DNA of 64,000 nucleotides, from NCBI GenBank assembly GCA_023245195.1, contig JAHFKU010000001.1:27662-91661 (forward strand), read 5' to 3'. The DNA is from Candidatus Staskawiczbacteria bacterium. Lineage in GTDB: Bacteria; Patescibacteriota; Minisyncoccia; Minisyncoccales; Staskawiczbacteraceae. Shown in pieces: positions 16,999 to 26,830 of the stretch; the stretch's first letter is position 1, and every line of letters starts with the position of its first letter. The notes beneath the pieces were generated by a model, which was not told where the DNA came from, made no database searches, and worked only from the letters and a program-made list of their open reading frames with translations. The position numbers and the translations under genes are program-made.

Positions 16999-17466
16999 AT
17001 GAAAAAGAAGATTTTAACTCTTTTAATAATTCATAAAGATAATAAGGTGTTGCTTGGCATGAAAAAGCGCGGGTTTGGAATGGGTAAATGGAACGGTTTT
17101 GGCGGGAAGGTTGAAAAAGAAGAGAGCATAGAAGATGCGACAAAACGGGAATTATTCGAAGAAGCGGGAATCACGGTAAATGATATGGAAAAAATGGGGG
17201 TATTGGATTTTTCATGGCAAAGCCAGGTGCCGCCTGGTACCTGGGAGGTAAATATTTTTAAAGCCACAGATTTTTCCGGCCAGCCGCAAGAAACCGAAGA
17301 AATGAAACCACAGTGGTTTGGCGTAGATGAAATTCCCTTTGAGAAAATGTGGCCGGATGACAAATATTGGTTTCCTCTATTTTTAGAAAACAAAAAGTTT
17401 GAAGGAAAGTTTATGTTTGATGATAAAAATAATATTATTGAATACGATTTACATCAACAATTATAG
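16999..17466 (+). CDS. NUDIX hydrolase, MutT/NUDT1-like (8-oxo-dGTP diphosphatase-like)
   Basis: Nudix box NGFGGKVEKEESIEDATKRELFEEAGI. Confidence 0.75.
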   Translation: MKKKILTLLIIHKDNKVLLGMKKRGFGMGKWNGFGGKVEKEESIEDATKRELFEEAGITVNDMEKMGVLDFSWQSQVPPGTWEVNIFKATDFSGQPQETEEMKPQWFGVDEIPFEKMWPDDKYWFPLFLENKKFEGKFMFDDKNNIIEYDLHQQL

Positions 17467-17468
17467 CT

Positions 17469-17930
17469 ATGAAATTTGCTATTGTTTCAGATACCCACGA
17501 TAATCTGGCCAATTTTAATAAGGTCATTCACTGGCTTAATAATGAAAATATTGAAGTCATTTTGCATTGCGGAGATATTTGTAATCAAGATACTATAAAT
17601 GAAGCCGCGAGAAATTTTAACGGTAAAATATATTTTGTCAGGGGAAATGGGGACTTTCATTTAGATCAGATCTCGGAGAAAATGGAATTAGAATTAGATA
17701 ATAAAAAAATATTTTTCAACCACTATCCGGAAATTTCCAAACAAGCCGCGGAATCCGGAAAATACGAATTAGTATTTTATGGCCACACTCACAGGCCGTG
17801 GGAAGAAACCATAGGGAAGTGCCGACTGGTAAACCCCGGCGAACTAGCCGGCCAGCGATACAAACCCTGTTTTGCGATTTACGATACCCAAATCGATAAA
17901 CTGGAACTCAAAATTTTAGAAAAGTTATGA
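17469..17930 (+). CDS. YfcE-like metallophosphoesterase
   Basis: SDTHDN, HCGDI, GNGD and GHTH phosphoesterase motifs. Confidence 0.75.
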   Translation: MKFAIVSDTHDNLANFNKVIHWLNNENIEVILHCGDICNQDTINEAARNFNGKIYFVRGNGDFHLDQISEKMELELDNKKIFFNHYPEISKQAAESGKYELVFYGHTHRPWEETIGKCRLVNPGELAGQRYKPCFAIYDTQIDKLELKILEKL

Positions 17931-17973
17931 CCCTTGATTATTTTTGCAAGTTAGTTATAATGACTAATTAAAA

Positions 17974-19395
17974 ATGTCTCAAAAATACATCATTTTTATC
18001 GGAGTTTTAATTTTGGCCTTGTTGGCCGGGAATTTTGCTTACCCTGATTATCTTAACAAAGGCATTGATGCGTTAAATGGCAAATTCCACTGGACTCTGC
18101 CCCATTTTTGGCAAAAACCCTATAGTTTGGGGCTTGATTTGCAGGGCGGGGTCAATTTAATTTATCAGGCTGATTTAAGCACGGTGCAAGACAAATCAAC
18201 CTCTATGGCCGGCCTTCGAGATGTAATAGAAAGGCGGGTTAATTTATTTGGCGTTTCAGAACCGGTGGTGCAAATCCAAGGCCAAGATAGGCTGGTGGTT
18301 CAGTTGCCGGGCGTTAAAGATGTCAAGCAAGCTATCGATACTATCGGCCAAACTCCGTATTTAGAATTTGATGAAGTCAGAACGGAAGCCGAAAGCAAGC
18401 CGATTTTAGATAAAATAAAAGAAGTGCAAGAAGCCCAGCAAAAAAACCAGGATATTTCAAAAATAAAAGATTGGCAGCTAGCGTTGCAAAATCCTTACAT
18501 CAAGCCCACGGAATTAACCGGAAAATATTTATCAAAAGCTACCGTCAATTTTGACCAAACTACCTTTAAGCCGCAAATTGATTTGCAATTTAACAGCGAA
18601 GGAGCGAAATTATTTGAAAATATTACCGCTCGGAACATTAAAAAGCCGCTGGCTATTTTGCTAGACGGAGCTTCTATTATAGATACCACGGGAGACGGCG
18701 TTATTGATGGCAGTGATTTGTATGCTCCGATTGTGCAAGATAAAATAACCGGCGGAAAAGCGGTTTTAACTGGAGATATGTCAACCAAAACGGCTAATGA
18801 TATTGCCCGCAGATTGAATTCAGGAGCTTTGCCGGTAAAAATCGGCAGTCCGATTTCACAGGAAACCGTGGGTCCCACGCTAGGCGCCGTTTCATTGCAA
18901 AAATCACTGTGGGCTGGAATTTATGGGCTTTTGGCAGTGGTAATATTTATGATCGTTTTTTACCGCTTGCCCGGATTTTTGGCTTCTTTGGCTTTGATAG
19001 TCTATGTAGCTTTAAACCTTGCTCTATTTAAGTTGGTGCCGGTTACGTTAACCCTGGCGGGAATCGGAGGGTTTATTTTATCTATCGGAATGGCGGTTGA
19101 TGCCAATATTTTGATTTTTGCTAGAATGAAAGAAGAAATCCGCCAAGGCAAAAATTTATCACTGGCCATTAGCGAAGGTTTTAAAAGAGCTTGGCCTTCC
19201 ATCAGGGATAGCAACATTAATTCTTTGATTGTCTGCGCCATTTTGTTCATCTTTACAACGTCGTTTATTAAAGGATTTGCCTTAACGCTTTCGCTGGGTA
19301 TTATTGTCAGTTTGTTTTCGGCCATTTTTATTACCAGGATTTTATTGCTCGTTTTTATCGGCCAGCGCATGGAAAAATTCAAGTGGCTACTTTAA
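17974..19395 (+). CDS. secD: Protein-export membrane protein SecD
   Basis: Periplasmic domain plus C-terminal 6-TM RND-like bundle; conserved SecD motifs. Confidence 0.9.
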   Translation: MSQKYIIFIGVLILALLAGNFAYPDYLNKGIDALNGKFHWTLPHFWQKPYSLGLDLQGGVNLIYQADLSTVQDKSTSMAGLRDVIERRVNLFGVSEPVVQIQGQDRLVVQLPGVKDVKQAIDTIGQTPYLEFDEVRTEAESKPILDKIKEVQEAQQKNQDISKIKDWQLALQNPYIKPTELTGKYLSKATVNFDQTTFKPQIDLQFNSEGAKLFENITARNIKKPLAILLDGASIIDTTGDGVIDGSDLYAPIVQDKITGGKAVLTGDMSTKTANDIARRLNSGALPVKIGSPISQETVGPTLGAVSLQKSLWAGIYGLLAVVIFMIVFYRLPGFLASLALIVYVALNLALFKLVPVTLTLAGIGGFILSIGMAVDANILIFARMKEEIRQGKNLSLAISEGFKRAWPSIRDSNINSLIVCAILFIFTTSFIKGFALTLSLGIIVSLFSAIFITRILLLVFIGQRMEKFKWLL

Positions 19396-19439
19396 CGGTT
19401 TTAATGTTTTAACTGTTGTAATGTTTTAATGAAAAGAAG

Positions 19440-20384
19440 ATGTGCGAACGGCATTATAACAACTATAACAATTACAACAATTACAACATGCATTTTTCTT
19501 TCACCAAATATTCAAAACTTTACTACGCTTTTTCTGGAATCTTAATTGCGGGTGCGATTGTTTCTTTGGTTGTTTTTGGCTTGAAATTCGGCATTGAATT
19601 TACCGGAGGCAGCAACATGGAAGTGGATTTTACCCAAAATCGGCCTGCCAATGAAGACATTTCCAAAGCCTTAACCAGTTTTGATTTGGGTGAAATTATT
19701 ATCCAGCCGACCAGCGAAAAAGGGGCGGTTCTTAAATTTAAAGGGGTTGATGAAGCAACCCATCAGCAGATACTTTCAAAACTCAATGAATTGTCGCCAG
19801 TCCAGGAAAAAGCTTTTCAATATATCGGCCCTTCAATCGGGCAAGAACTTAAAAATAAGACCGAAATCGCTATTGGTTTGGCCTTGATATCTATAACTTT
19901 GTATATTGCTTTTGCTTTCCGCAAGGTTTCGCGCCCGGTGGCTTCTTGGAAATACGGCTTGGCTTCATTGGTAGCGCTGTTTCACGACATTTTAATTCCT
20001 CTTGGAGTGTTTTCTATTTTAGGAAAGTTTTATAGCGTAGAAATTACCATTCCCATTGTGGCAGCGCTGCTGACTATTTTGGGTTTTTCAATTCATGACA
20101 CCATTGTTATTTTTGATAGGATTAGGGAAAACATTTTACGAAAGGGAATGGGGGAATTTAGCCAAACGGTTGACTTGAGTTTAAACCAAACCATCGGCAG
20201 GTCTATTTCTACGGTTGCTACCGTGTTATTAGTTATGTTTTCACTATTCATGTTTGGGGGAGAAACGCTAAAATATTTTTCACTAGCTTTAATTGTTGGA
20301 ATAACCTGCGGAGCCTATTCTTCTATTTTCATTGCCAGTCCATTATTGGTGAGTTGGTCCCGATGGGGAAAATCTAAAAGCTAG
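19440..20384 (+). CDS. secF: Protein-export membrane protein SecF
   Basis: SecF topology and motifs. The N-terminal NNYNNYNNYN comes from a short AAC-AAC-TAT repeat; the true start may be the ATG at 19488. Confidence 0.85.
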   Translation: MCERHYNNYNNYNNYNMHFSFTKYSKLYYAFSGILIAGAIVSLVVFGLKFGIEFTGGSNMEVDFTQNRPANEDISKALTSFDLGEIIIQPTSEKGAVLKFKGVDEATHQQILSKLNELSPVQEKAFQYIGPSIGQELKNKTEIAIGLALISITLYIAFAFRKVSRPVASWKYGLASLVALFHDILIPLGVFSILGKFYSVEITIPIVAALLTILGFSIHDTIVIFDRIRENILRKGMGEFSQTVDLSLNQTIGRSISTVATVLLVMFSLFMFGGETLKYFSLALIVGITCGAYSSIFIASPLLVSWSRWGKSKS

Positions 20385-20388
20385 ATTT

Positions 20389-20408
20389 TCCCATACGGGA
20401 TCCCGTAT
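20389..20408 (+). terminator. Hairpin ATACGGGATCCCGTAT after secF
   Basis: Perfect palindrome followed by an A/T-rich tract. Confidence 0.45.
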
Positions 20409-20558
20409 CAAAATTTGTAATATCAAATTTTTATCGGGACAGCGCTGGAGCGAGAAAAGGGCAAAATAACCATTGACCATTGACATGTGACAGTTGACAA
20501 AAAAGACGTTGGCGGGAGGTCAATTGTTAATTGTTAAAGGTCAAATGTTGCGGGAGGG

Positions 20559-20587
20559 TTGACATACGCCCTGCCATATGGTAGACT
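20559..20587 (+). promoter_or_regulatory. Sigma-70-like promoter (TTGACA-17-TAGACT) upstream of the sigma-region-4 HTH gene
   Basis: Perfect -35 hexamer, 17-nt spacer, 4/6 -10 match; embedded in a TTGACA/TGTCAA-rich repeat also found upstream of hpf. Confidence 0.4.
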
Positions 20588-20606
20588 CTAATAACAGTAT
20601 CAAACT

Positions 20607-21626
20607 ATGAACTATTCACAAATATACGCAAAATTAACTCGCGGTCTTTCTCCAAAAACCAAAGACATCTTTGACCGGCGTTTTGGCGTAAAAACTGGCA
20701 AGGTTGAAACCTTAGAATCTATTGGCAAAAGGCTTGGAATTACCCGCGAAAGAGTCCGCCAAATCGAGGAGGTGGGTTTTAATTTTATCAAAAAAAACCA
20801 TCAGGCAACACTGACCGAAGTCTATAAGCAGTTTGAAGATTATTTCCAAAAAAATGGCGGGTTTAAAAAAGAAGAAGCCGTGCTGGCCGATTTGGGTGGA
20901 AAAAACCATAAGCCGCAGGTGTTATTTTTTCTTACCATCGGGGATCAATTTAAAAAAGTATGCGAGAAAAAGGATTATATGTATTTTTGGTCAACCATGC
21001 AAAATCCTGAAAAAGAAGTGAAAGATATGTTAAATTCCCTGGCTTCGGATTTAAAAACCCACGCTAGCCCATTAGTAAAAGAAGAATTATTGGCTAAGTT
21101 TGCTTCTAATTATAATATTGGTGCTAGTGCGCTGGATTCATATTTGGAAGTTTCTAAAAGAATCCAGGCAAATAAAGAAGGCAAACTTGGGTTGATTGAT
21201 TGGCCCGAAATAAATCCAAAGAGCGTTAAAGATAAAGCGTTTTTGGTGTTTAAAAAGCATCAAAAGCCTTTGCATTTCAGGGAAATTACTTCGTTGATAG
21301 ATCGGTTAGATACCGGATCAGGTGATGAAAAAACTAACGTGCAAACCGTGCATAACGAATTAATTAAAGATTCAAGGTTTGTATTGGTTGGCCGGGGCAT
21401 TTATGCCTTGGGCGAATGGGGGTATAAGCCAGGAACTATTCAAGATGTTATTTCTGATGTATTGAAAGTGAAGCCTCAATTAGCAAGCAAAGATGAAATT
21501 GTCAAAGAAGTGTTAAACCAAAGATTGGTTGAAAAAAATACCATTTTAATAAAACTCAACAATAAAAAGTATTTCCAAAGAGGTGCTGATGGGAAATATT
21601 TTACGGTAGGAAATCAGACAGCATAG
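20607..21626 (+). CDS. Sigma-70 region-4-like HTH domain protein (putative transcription regulator)
   Basis: The N-terminus TLESIGKRLGITRERVRQIEE matches sigma-70 region 4.2; the remaining ~250 aa are uncharacterised. Confidence 0.5.
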   Translation: MNYSQIYAKLTRGLSPKTKDIFDRRFGVKTGKVETLESIGKRLGITRERVRQIEEVGFNFIKKNHQATLTEVYKQFEDYFQKNGGFKKEEAVLADLGGKNHKPQVLFFLTIGDQFKKVCEKKDYMYFWSTMQNPEKEVKDMLNSLASDLKTHASPLVKEELLAKFASNYNIGASALDSYLEVSKRIQANKEGKLGLIDWPEINPKSVKDKAFLVFKKHQKPLHFREITSLIDRLDTGSGDEKTNVQTVHNELIKDSRFVLVGRGIYALGEWGYKPGTIQDVISDVLKVKPQLASKDEIVKEVLNQRLVEKNTILIKLNNKKYFQRGADGKYFTVGNQTA

Positions 21627-21671
21627 ATGTTGAATTATACTAATTATTCTAATTAACCTAATTATACTAAC

Positions 21672-21704
21672 AAAAAAATCCCGCTTCTGCGGGATTTTTT
21701 GTTG
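21672..21704 (+). terminator. Rho-independent terminator after the 20607-21626 gene
   Basis: AAAAAAATCCCGC-TTCT-GCGGGATTTTTTG. Confidence 0.75.
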
Positions 21705-21734
21705 TGGATTATTGCTTGGATTTTTTTCTATTGA

Positions 21735-21995
21735 GTGTGTTACAATTGCATAAAGGTCGTTTTTTTATTTAATCTGAATTTAGAGGAAATGCAAAAATTA
21801 AATACGTTAGATATGGTGTCTTTCGTTTTGACGATTATTGGCGGTTTGAATTGGGGATTGGTCGGATTGTCGGATTTTAATGTTGTGGATACGGTTTTTG
21901 GCCCAATGTCAGTGCTTTCCCGGGTGATATATATTTTGGTCGGATTAGCTGCGGTTTATTTGGCGATTAATGTTATGAAATTTGAGAAGAAGTAA
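21735..21995 (+). CDS. DUF378-family small membrane protein
   Basis: Two TM helices with the conserved GGLNWGLVGL motif. Confidence 0.55.
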   Translation: MCYNCIKVVFLFNLNLEEMQKLNTLDMVSFVLTIIGGLNWGLVGLSDFNVVDTVFGPMSVLSRVIYILVGLAAVYLAINVMKFEKK

Positions 21996-22042
21996 CATCG
22001 TGAATGAATGCAGAAATTAGCGCGGAAAAACGCAGAATTTTT

Positions 22043-22077
22043 ACAACAAAAAATCGCCTAAGGCGATTTTTTGTTGT
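22043..22077. terminator. Bidirectional terminator between convergent genes 21735-21995 (+) and 22090-22278 (-)
   Basis: ACAACAAAAAATCGCC-TAAG-GCGATTTTTTGTTGT, with A/T runs on both sides. Confidence 0.75.
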
Positions 22078-22089
22078 AAATAATCGTAA

Positions 22090-22278
22090 TTAGCGATTAA
22101 ATCGTGGTGGTTTCTTTTTTGACCAGCATTCTCGGCAATAGATTGGTCGATCAGGAGCTGGTTCAAAAGGCAATTGGGTGATTTCTACACCGCATTCACT
22201 GCACTTCCAGTTTCCTTGCACCATTTCTCTTGGGCCAAAGCTGCCTCCACCTTTGTTGTTATCAAATTTATTGAACAT
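22090..22278 (-). CDS. Small CxxC...CxxC zinc-ribbon protein
   Basis: 62 aa with the pair CSECG ... CRECW. Confidence 0.4.
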   Translation of the reverse strand: MFNKFDNNKGGGSFGPREMVQGNWKCSECGVEITQLPFEPAPDRPIYCRECWSKKKPPRFNR

Positions 22279-22525
22279 GAAAATTTTATTTATAAAAATT
22301 TTTACCGAGTACTCAACACATTGAGTGCTTGGTTTTGAATTCTTACATAATATAAACGACCTTTGACTAAAGCCGTTTTATTATTTTGTTGAGTTTTTAA
22401 GATTAGTTAAAAACTTACTAATATACCTACGACTTATTGTCTGGCTTAATAGTACCTTTTTATCCGTAGCATGTCAAAGGTTTTTGAGCACCCTTGAAAT
22501 ATTACCGGGAAATATTTTTTGTAAA

Positions 22526-22572
22526 AGAAAAAACCTGCTACCTTTGAAGGTAAAACAGGCTTTGCAGGTTTT
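22526..22572 (-). terminator. Rho-independent terminator downstream of the cupin gene (minus strand)
   Basis: Minus strand reads AACCTGC...loop with inner stem TACCTTTGAAGGTA...GCAGGTT followed by TTTTTT. Confidence 0.6.
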
Positions 22573-22598
22573 AGCTTTTCAGCTGATTTCTGCTTAAG

Positions 22599-23078
22599 TT
22601 ACAATAGAAAAGCAGGGGGTTCTTTCAGTAGCGCCAGATTTGGCAGGGCGACTGCGCGCTCCTTTTTTCTGCAAAAGAGCATGTCCCAGGGTTTTGCGCC
22701 GACAGGATAGAAACCGAAGACCTGGAAGTTCTCGGTTCGCTCCACGGCTTGGTGAGCTACACCTGCCGGAATGAGAATTGCATCGCCCTGGCCGACTTCC
22801 ACGAGTGTGCCAAGGCGATGACCACCCAGTCGCAGAGTAGCAAAGCCCCGATAAACGACCAGCGCTTCATGTGTGGTTGAATGATAATGCGGTCTCTTGT
22901 AGACCTTCCATAGCCATTCAAGATTCCAGCCCGTTTCCAGGCCGCGCCTCTTAAGATCAGCCATGGCTTCGTCGGCTTTCATGTTGCCGAGATTTACCAT
23001 CTTTTTAGTCAAAATAGTCAAAAAACGGGAATTGGGAATGAAGCCATCATCTTTGAAACCGATGCTTAATCTTTTCAT
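22599..23078 (-). CDS. Cupin-domain protein on a GC-rich island
   Basis: HYHSTTHEALVV...G...IPAGVAHQ cupin motifs; GC ~55% over 22560-23100; strong terminator downstream. Confidence 0.6.
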   Translation of the reverse strand: MKRLSIGFKDDGFIPNSRFLTILTKKMVNLGNMKADEAMADLKRRGLETGWNLEWLWKVYKRPHYHSTTHEALVVYRGFATLRLGGHRLGTLVEVGQGDAILIPAGVAHQAVERTENFQVFGFYPVGAKPWDMLFCRKKERAVALPNLALLKEPPAFLL

Positions 23079-23294
23079 GTCACGCCTTCTCTAAAGAGCT
23101 TACGTAATTTCCCCATCGAGAAATTCGATAGAGAGATTACGTATAAGTTTCTTCTATCACCTTATAACAGAATTGTCAAGTAATTTTTTGTATCGCTGTC
23201 ATTGTAAAGCTATTTTTAATTATGTCATACTTTGGAATAGCTACGGATCCAATTTTTGTTAATTGAGTAAAAAATGATATTATAAAAAAACATT

Positions 23295-25136
23295 ATGAAA
23301 AAATTACAAAAAAATATTATTTATCCTAAAGTCACATTTTGGGATATATCAAAAGCCTTTTGGAAGGGAATTAGACCTCAAAAATGGTCGCTATTTTTGA
23401 TGGTCTTTTTGGTGGTAATTATTCATATTACTAGTATTGTCATTCCGCTTTTTTATAAACATTTTTTTGACGTCATTACCACTAATTACGATAAAAATAC
23501 GATTTATTATGTATTGGTGGGTATTATCATTAATATCGCACTATTGAACGGTATTATTTGGATAAGTTATCGTTTTGCGGCTTTTTTTAATAACGCTTTT
23601 CAGTCAGGCGTGATGGCAAGATTGAGGCAACAAGCTTACGATTATTTAATGCAGCATTCGTACGGATTTTTTACCAATCATTTTACTGGTTCTTTGGTGC
23701 AAAAAGTCAATCGATTTGGCCGGTCGTTTGAAAGATTGTCAGACAATTTAGTCTGGAATTTACTTCCTTTATTGGTAAGGGTAATTGTCATCTGCGTTGT
23801 TGTTTTCTTTATTAATAGATGGATCGCACTGGTTATTTTAATTTGGGCTTTAATATTTGTATTATTTAACGTACTGTTTTCTATATGGAAAATAAAATAC
23901 GATCTTCAAGTTGCACAAGTAGATTCAAGAGCCACCGCCTATTTGGCCGATACGGTAACTAATCAAAACACAGTATCGCTTTTTTCTAGATTTGCTTTTG
24001 AATCGAAAGGTTACAAAAAGGTTACCGACGAGCAGGCTAAAATAACCAGATTCAATTGGAATTTAACTAATTTTGTGGAAGCAGGACAAAGTCTTTTGGG
24101 TTTTGCGATAGAATTTTTGTTATTTTATTTTACTATTAAATATTGGCAGCAAGGATTAGTAACAGTTGGCTTTTTTGTCTTATTACAAGCGTATTTAATC
24201 AATTTAATGGATCAATTATGGGGTTTTACTAGAATAGTAAGAGATATGTATCAAGCCTACGCTGATGCCAAGGAGATGGTGGAAATTATGAAGTTGCCTC
24301 ATGAAATTGTGGATATTCCAAAAGCAAAAGAACTTACCATAAAAAATGGCGGCATTGAGTTTAGAAATTTACAATTTAGCTTTAACGAAACTCGAAAAGT
24401 GTTGCGCGATATACATTTGGTGGTAAAACCTGGCGAACGCGTGGCGTTAATTGGTCCTAGTGGCGCCGGAAAAACTACCTTTGTAAAACTGTTATTAAGG
24501 TTATATGCTCCAACTTCCGGCCATATTTTCATTGACGGACAGGATATTCAAATGGTGACTCAAGACAGTTTGCGCAAAAACATTTCCATGGTGCCCCAGG
24601 ATCCGATTTTATTTCACCGGACTTTGGCTGAAAATATAGCGTATGGCAAGCCGAGCGCATCCAAAAAAGAAATTAAAAAAGCGGCCAAACTGGCACACTG
24701 CGATGAATTTATTAAAAATCTGCCTTATGGATTAGAAACGTTTGTCGGTGAAAGGGGAATTAAATTATCGGGCGGCGAACGCCAGCGGGTGGCCATTGCC
24801 CGGGCTATTTTAAAAAATGCGCCGATACTAATTTTAGACGAGGCGACCAGCAGCCTGGATTCGCATTCTGAAATGTTAATTCAAGATGCGCTGGCAACTT
24901 TAATGCAGGGCAGAACCACGATTGTGATAGCTCACCGGTTGTCTACCATTCAAAAAATGGATAGAATTATTGTAGTGGATAATGGTAAGATAATTGAAGA
25001 GGGAAGTCATGCTGATTTATTGGCTCGTGAAGATAGTTTGTATCGGAAGTTATGGACATTGCAAGCCGGCGGATTTTTAACGGAAGATAATGATGAAGAG
25101 GACGATCAAAAAGAAGAAAATATAGAAGAAGAATAA
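23295..25136 (+). CDS. ABC exporter, fused permease and ATPase (MsbA-like), with acidic C-terminal tail
   Basis: 6-TM domain followed by Walker A GPSGAGKTT, signature LSGGERQRVAIARA and Walker B ILILDEATS. Confidence 0.9.
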   Translation: MKKLQKNIIYPKVTFWDISKAFWKGIRPQKWSLFLMVFLVVIIHITSIVIPLFYKHFFDVITTNYDKNTIYYVLVGIIINIALLNGIIWISYRFAAFFNNAFQSGVMARLRQQAYDYLMQHSYGFFTNHFTGSLVQKVNRFGRSFERLSDNLVWNLLPLLVRVIVICVVVFFINRWIALVILIWALIFVLFNVLFSIWKIKYDLQVAQVDSRATAYLADTVTNQNTVSLFSRFAFESKGYKKVTDEQAKITRFNWNLTNFVEAGQSLLGFAIEFLLFYFTIKYWQQGLVTVGFFVLLQAYLINLMDQLWGFTRIVRDMYQAYADAKEMVEIMKLPHEIVDIPKAKELTIKNGGIEFRNLQFSFNETRKVLRDIHLVVKPGERVALIGPSGAGKTTFVKLLLRLYAPTSGHIFIDGQDIQMVTQDSLRKNISMVPQDPILFHRTLAENIAYGKPSASKKEIKKAAKLAHCDEFIKNLPYGLETFVGERGIKLSGGERQRVAIARAILKNAPILILDEATSSLDSHSEMLIQDALATLMQGRTTIVIAHRLSTIQKMDRIIVVDNGKIIEEGSHADLLAREDSLYRKLWTLQAGGFLTEDNDEEDDQKEENIEEE

Positions 25137-25150
25137 AGGTCGAAAACGAA

Positions 25151-25269
25151 ATTTTTAATTTTCAATTTCTAATTTTTATTAAATTTTCAATTCAGTGAAT
25201 TTTAAAAAACGTTTAGAAATTACGTTATTATAAATTCAATAAAAATTTAAAATTAGGAATTAGAAATTC
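25151..25269. repeat. Family-4 AT-rich palindromic element (TTAGAAATT / AATTTCTAA arms)
   Basis: ATTTTCAATTTCTAATTTTTATTAAATT...CGTTTAGAAATT...AATTAGGAATTAGAAATTC; ends 6 nt before the ATG at 25276. Confidence 0.55.
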
Positions 25270-25275
25270 ACAAAT

Positions 25276-26043
25276 ATGGATACAAAAAAATATATTGTTA
25301 GCGCAGGCGTTGTTGTGGCATTATTGGCCGGAGTTTCTTCTTTGGCTTTTGCTGAAAATATGACTGGGAATGTTTCGGAAATGATGAAGGTAAAAGAATC
25401 TCGGGAAATGGCGGTTCGGGCTGGCACTGAAATGGTGTTAAATATCAATCACCAGGGAAAGGTGCTGATGCGCGGAACCATTGAATCGGTTGGTACCAAT
25501 TCTATTATGGTTAAAAGTTGGGGCGGATCTTGGACGGTAAATATCGGTACTGATGCAAAGTTGCTGCCTGGAACCGATATGTCCCAATTTAAGGCTGGAG
25601 ATTTTGTGGGAGTGCAAGGGTCTATCAATGAAAGTCTTGCTTGGACAGTAGACGCCACGATCATCCGTAATTGGACTGCTAAAAAAGCAATGGTAGAAAC
25701 CAGGATGATGGAACACAAAGAGCGGCACAATAACGAACAAGAAATTAAAGATGTTATTAAAAATGAGAGTCCGAAAAATTGGCAGGGGGTCGCAACCGGC
25801 ATTAATGTGGACGCTAAAACATTTACCCTAACGATGGAGGGCAAGGCTTATACCGTTAATATAGTTACTGATGCCAAAATTGTTGAAAAGAATTTTGCCA
25901 GCACCGATCTTGCTAAGGTGAAAGAAGGGGATACGGTGAGGGTGTGGGGTCCGGTAACCGACACTACCATTAGCGCCTATGTATTGCGCGACATTTCTCT
26001 TGCAATGACACAGACCCACGATGTTATGGAAGGTAATCGATAA
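25276..26043 (+). CDS. Secreted DUF5666-like repeat protein
   Basis: Signal peptide; two tandem ~100-aa repeats (GTIESVGTNSIMVKSWGG... / ...FTLTMEGKAYTVNI). Confidence 0.45.
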   Translation: MDTKKYIVSAGVVVALLAGVSSLAFAENMTGNVSEMMKVKESREMAVRAGTEMVLNINHQGKVLMRGTIESVGTNSIMVKSWGGSWTVNIGTDAKLLPGTDMSQFKAGDFVGVQGSINESLAWTVDATIIRNWTAKKAMVETRMMEHKERHNNEQEIKDVIKNESPKNWQGVATGINVDAKTFTLTMEGKAYTVNIVTDAKIVEKNFASTDLAKVKEGDTVRVWGPVTDTTISAYVLRDISLAMTQTHDVMEGNR

Positions 26044-26057
26044 AATTTTAACTAAAA

Positions 26058-26091
26058 AACAGCTCTGAGTTTATTAAAGGGCTGTTTTTTT
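26058..26091 (+). terminator. Terminator after the DUF5666-like gene
   Basis: AACAGC-loop-GCTGTTTTTTT. Confidence 0.6.
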
Positions 26092-26149
26092 GTAATACTA
26101 AATTACTAAATTTGTTGATACTATCATTTTTGCAATTGCGTAAATTACT

Positions 26150-26320
26150 TTGAATTGCGAAATGCCTTCGTGGTATTTTCTCCAAATTTGGAAGGTGAAA
26201 ATTCGATAGAATTTTGAGCCATAGCCGGAGGCTTCTGGCTCAAAATTATTGCGGATTTTCGACCCAAATTTGGAGAAAAGACCCGAAGAGCGGTTTAAGA
26301 CGGGCATTTCGGGATTCAAA
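26150..26320. mobile_element. MITE-A copy (~171 bp)
   Basis: TIRs TTGAATTGCGAAATGCC / GGCATTTCGGGATTCAA; internal sub-palindromes; homologous to the other MITE-A copies. Confidence 0.7.
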
Positions 26321-26325
26321 GTAAA

Positions 26326-26784
26326 TTAGAGTATCGATATTTTTTTGAAATCCTTTTTTATTTTTTTATATTGGGGTATGGTTTTTGCGACTAGATTCCA
26401 AAATGCCGGCGAGTGGTTTAATTGTTCTAGGTGGCACAGTTCGTGGACAATCACGTAATCTGATAAATGTGGAGGAAGCAAAGCAATTTTATAATTAAAA
26501 TTCAAGTTGCCCTTTTTTGAACAACTGCCCCAGCGGGTCTTTTGGTTTTTAATGGTTACGCGATTTACTTTAAATTTGTAAAAGGCATTAAAGTGCGCGA
26601 TTTTATTTTGTGCCGTTGCCAGGGCCTGGTTTTTGTACTGTATAAATTCCAATGAATTGGGTTTTCGCCTTTTTTTGCGACGCTTTTTTTGCCACCGTGC
26701 TTTGCGCCGAATCAATCTTAAGCTTTTGATGGAAAATCCATTTTTATAGTTAGTTTTTTTAAATACGAAAAACATATGAATCAA
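26326..26784 (-). CDS. YgjP-like (DUF45 / WLM-type) metal-dependent hydrolase
   Basis: RWGSCS...HELCHLEQLNHSPAFW zinc-binding motif of the DUF45/SprT-like M48 superfamily; highly basic N-terminus. Confidence 0.7.
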   Translation of the reverse strand: MIHMFFVFKKTNYKNGFSIKSLRLIRRKARWQKKRRKKRRKPNSLEFIQYKNQALATAQNKIAHFNAFYKFKVNRVTIKNQKTRWGSCSKKGNLNFNYKIALLPPHLSDYVIVHELCHLEQLNHSPAFWNLVAKTIPQYKKIKKDFKKISIL

Positions 26785-26830
26785 TTATACAGCAAGTTGG
26801 TTGTGCCTGGTATACAGATGGAGCCTTTTT

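Noticed and set aside
19681-21021. Internal ORFs 19681-19887, 20712-20909(-) and 20833-21021
   Set aside because: They are nested in alternative frames of secF and the 20607 gene, both of which have clear homology, and have no supporting signals.
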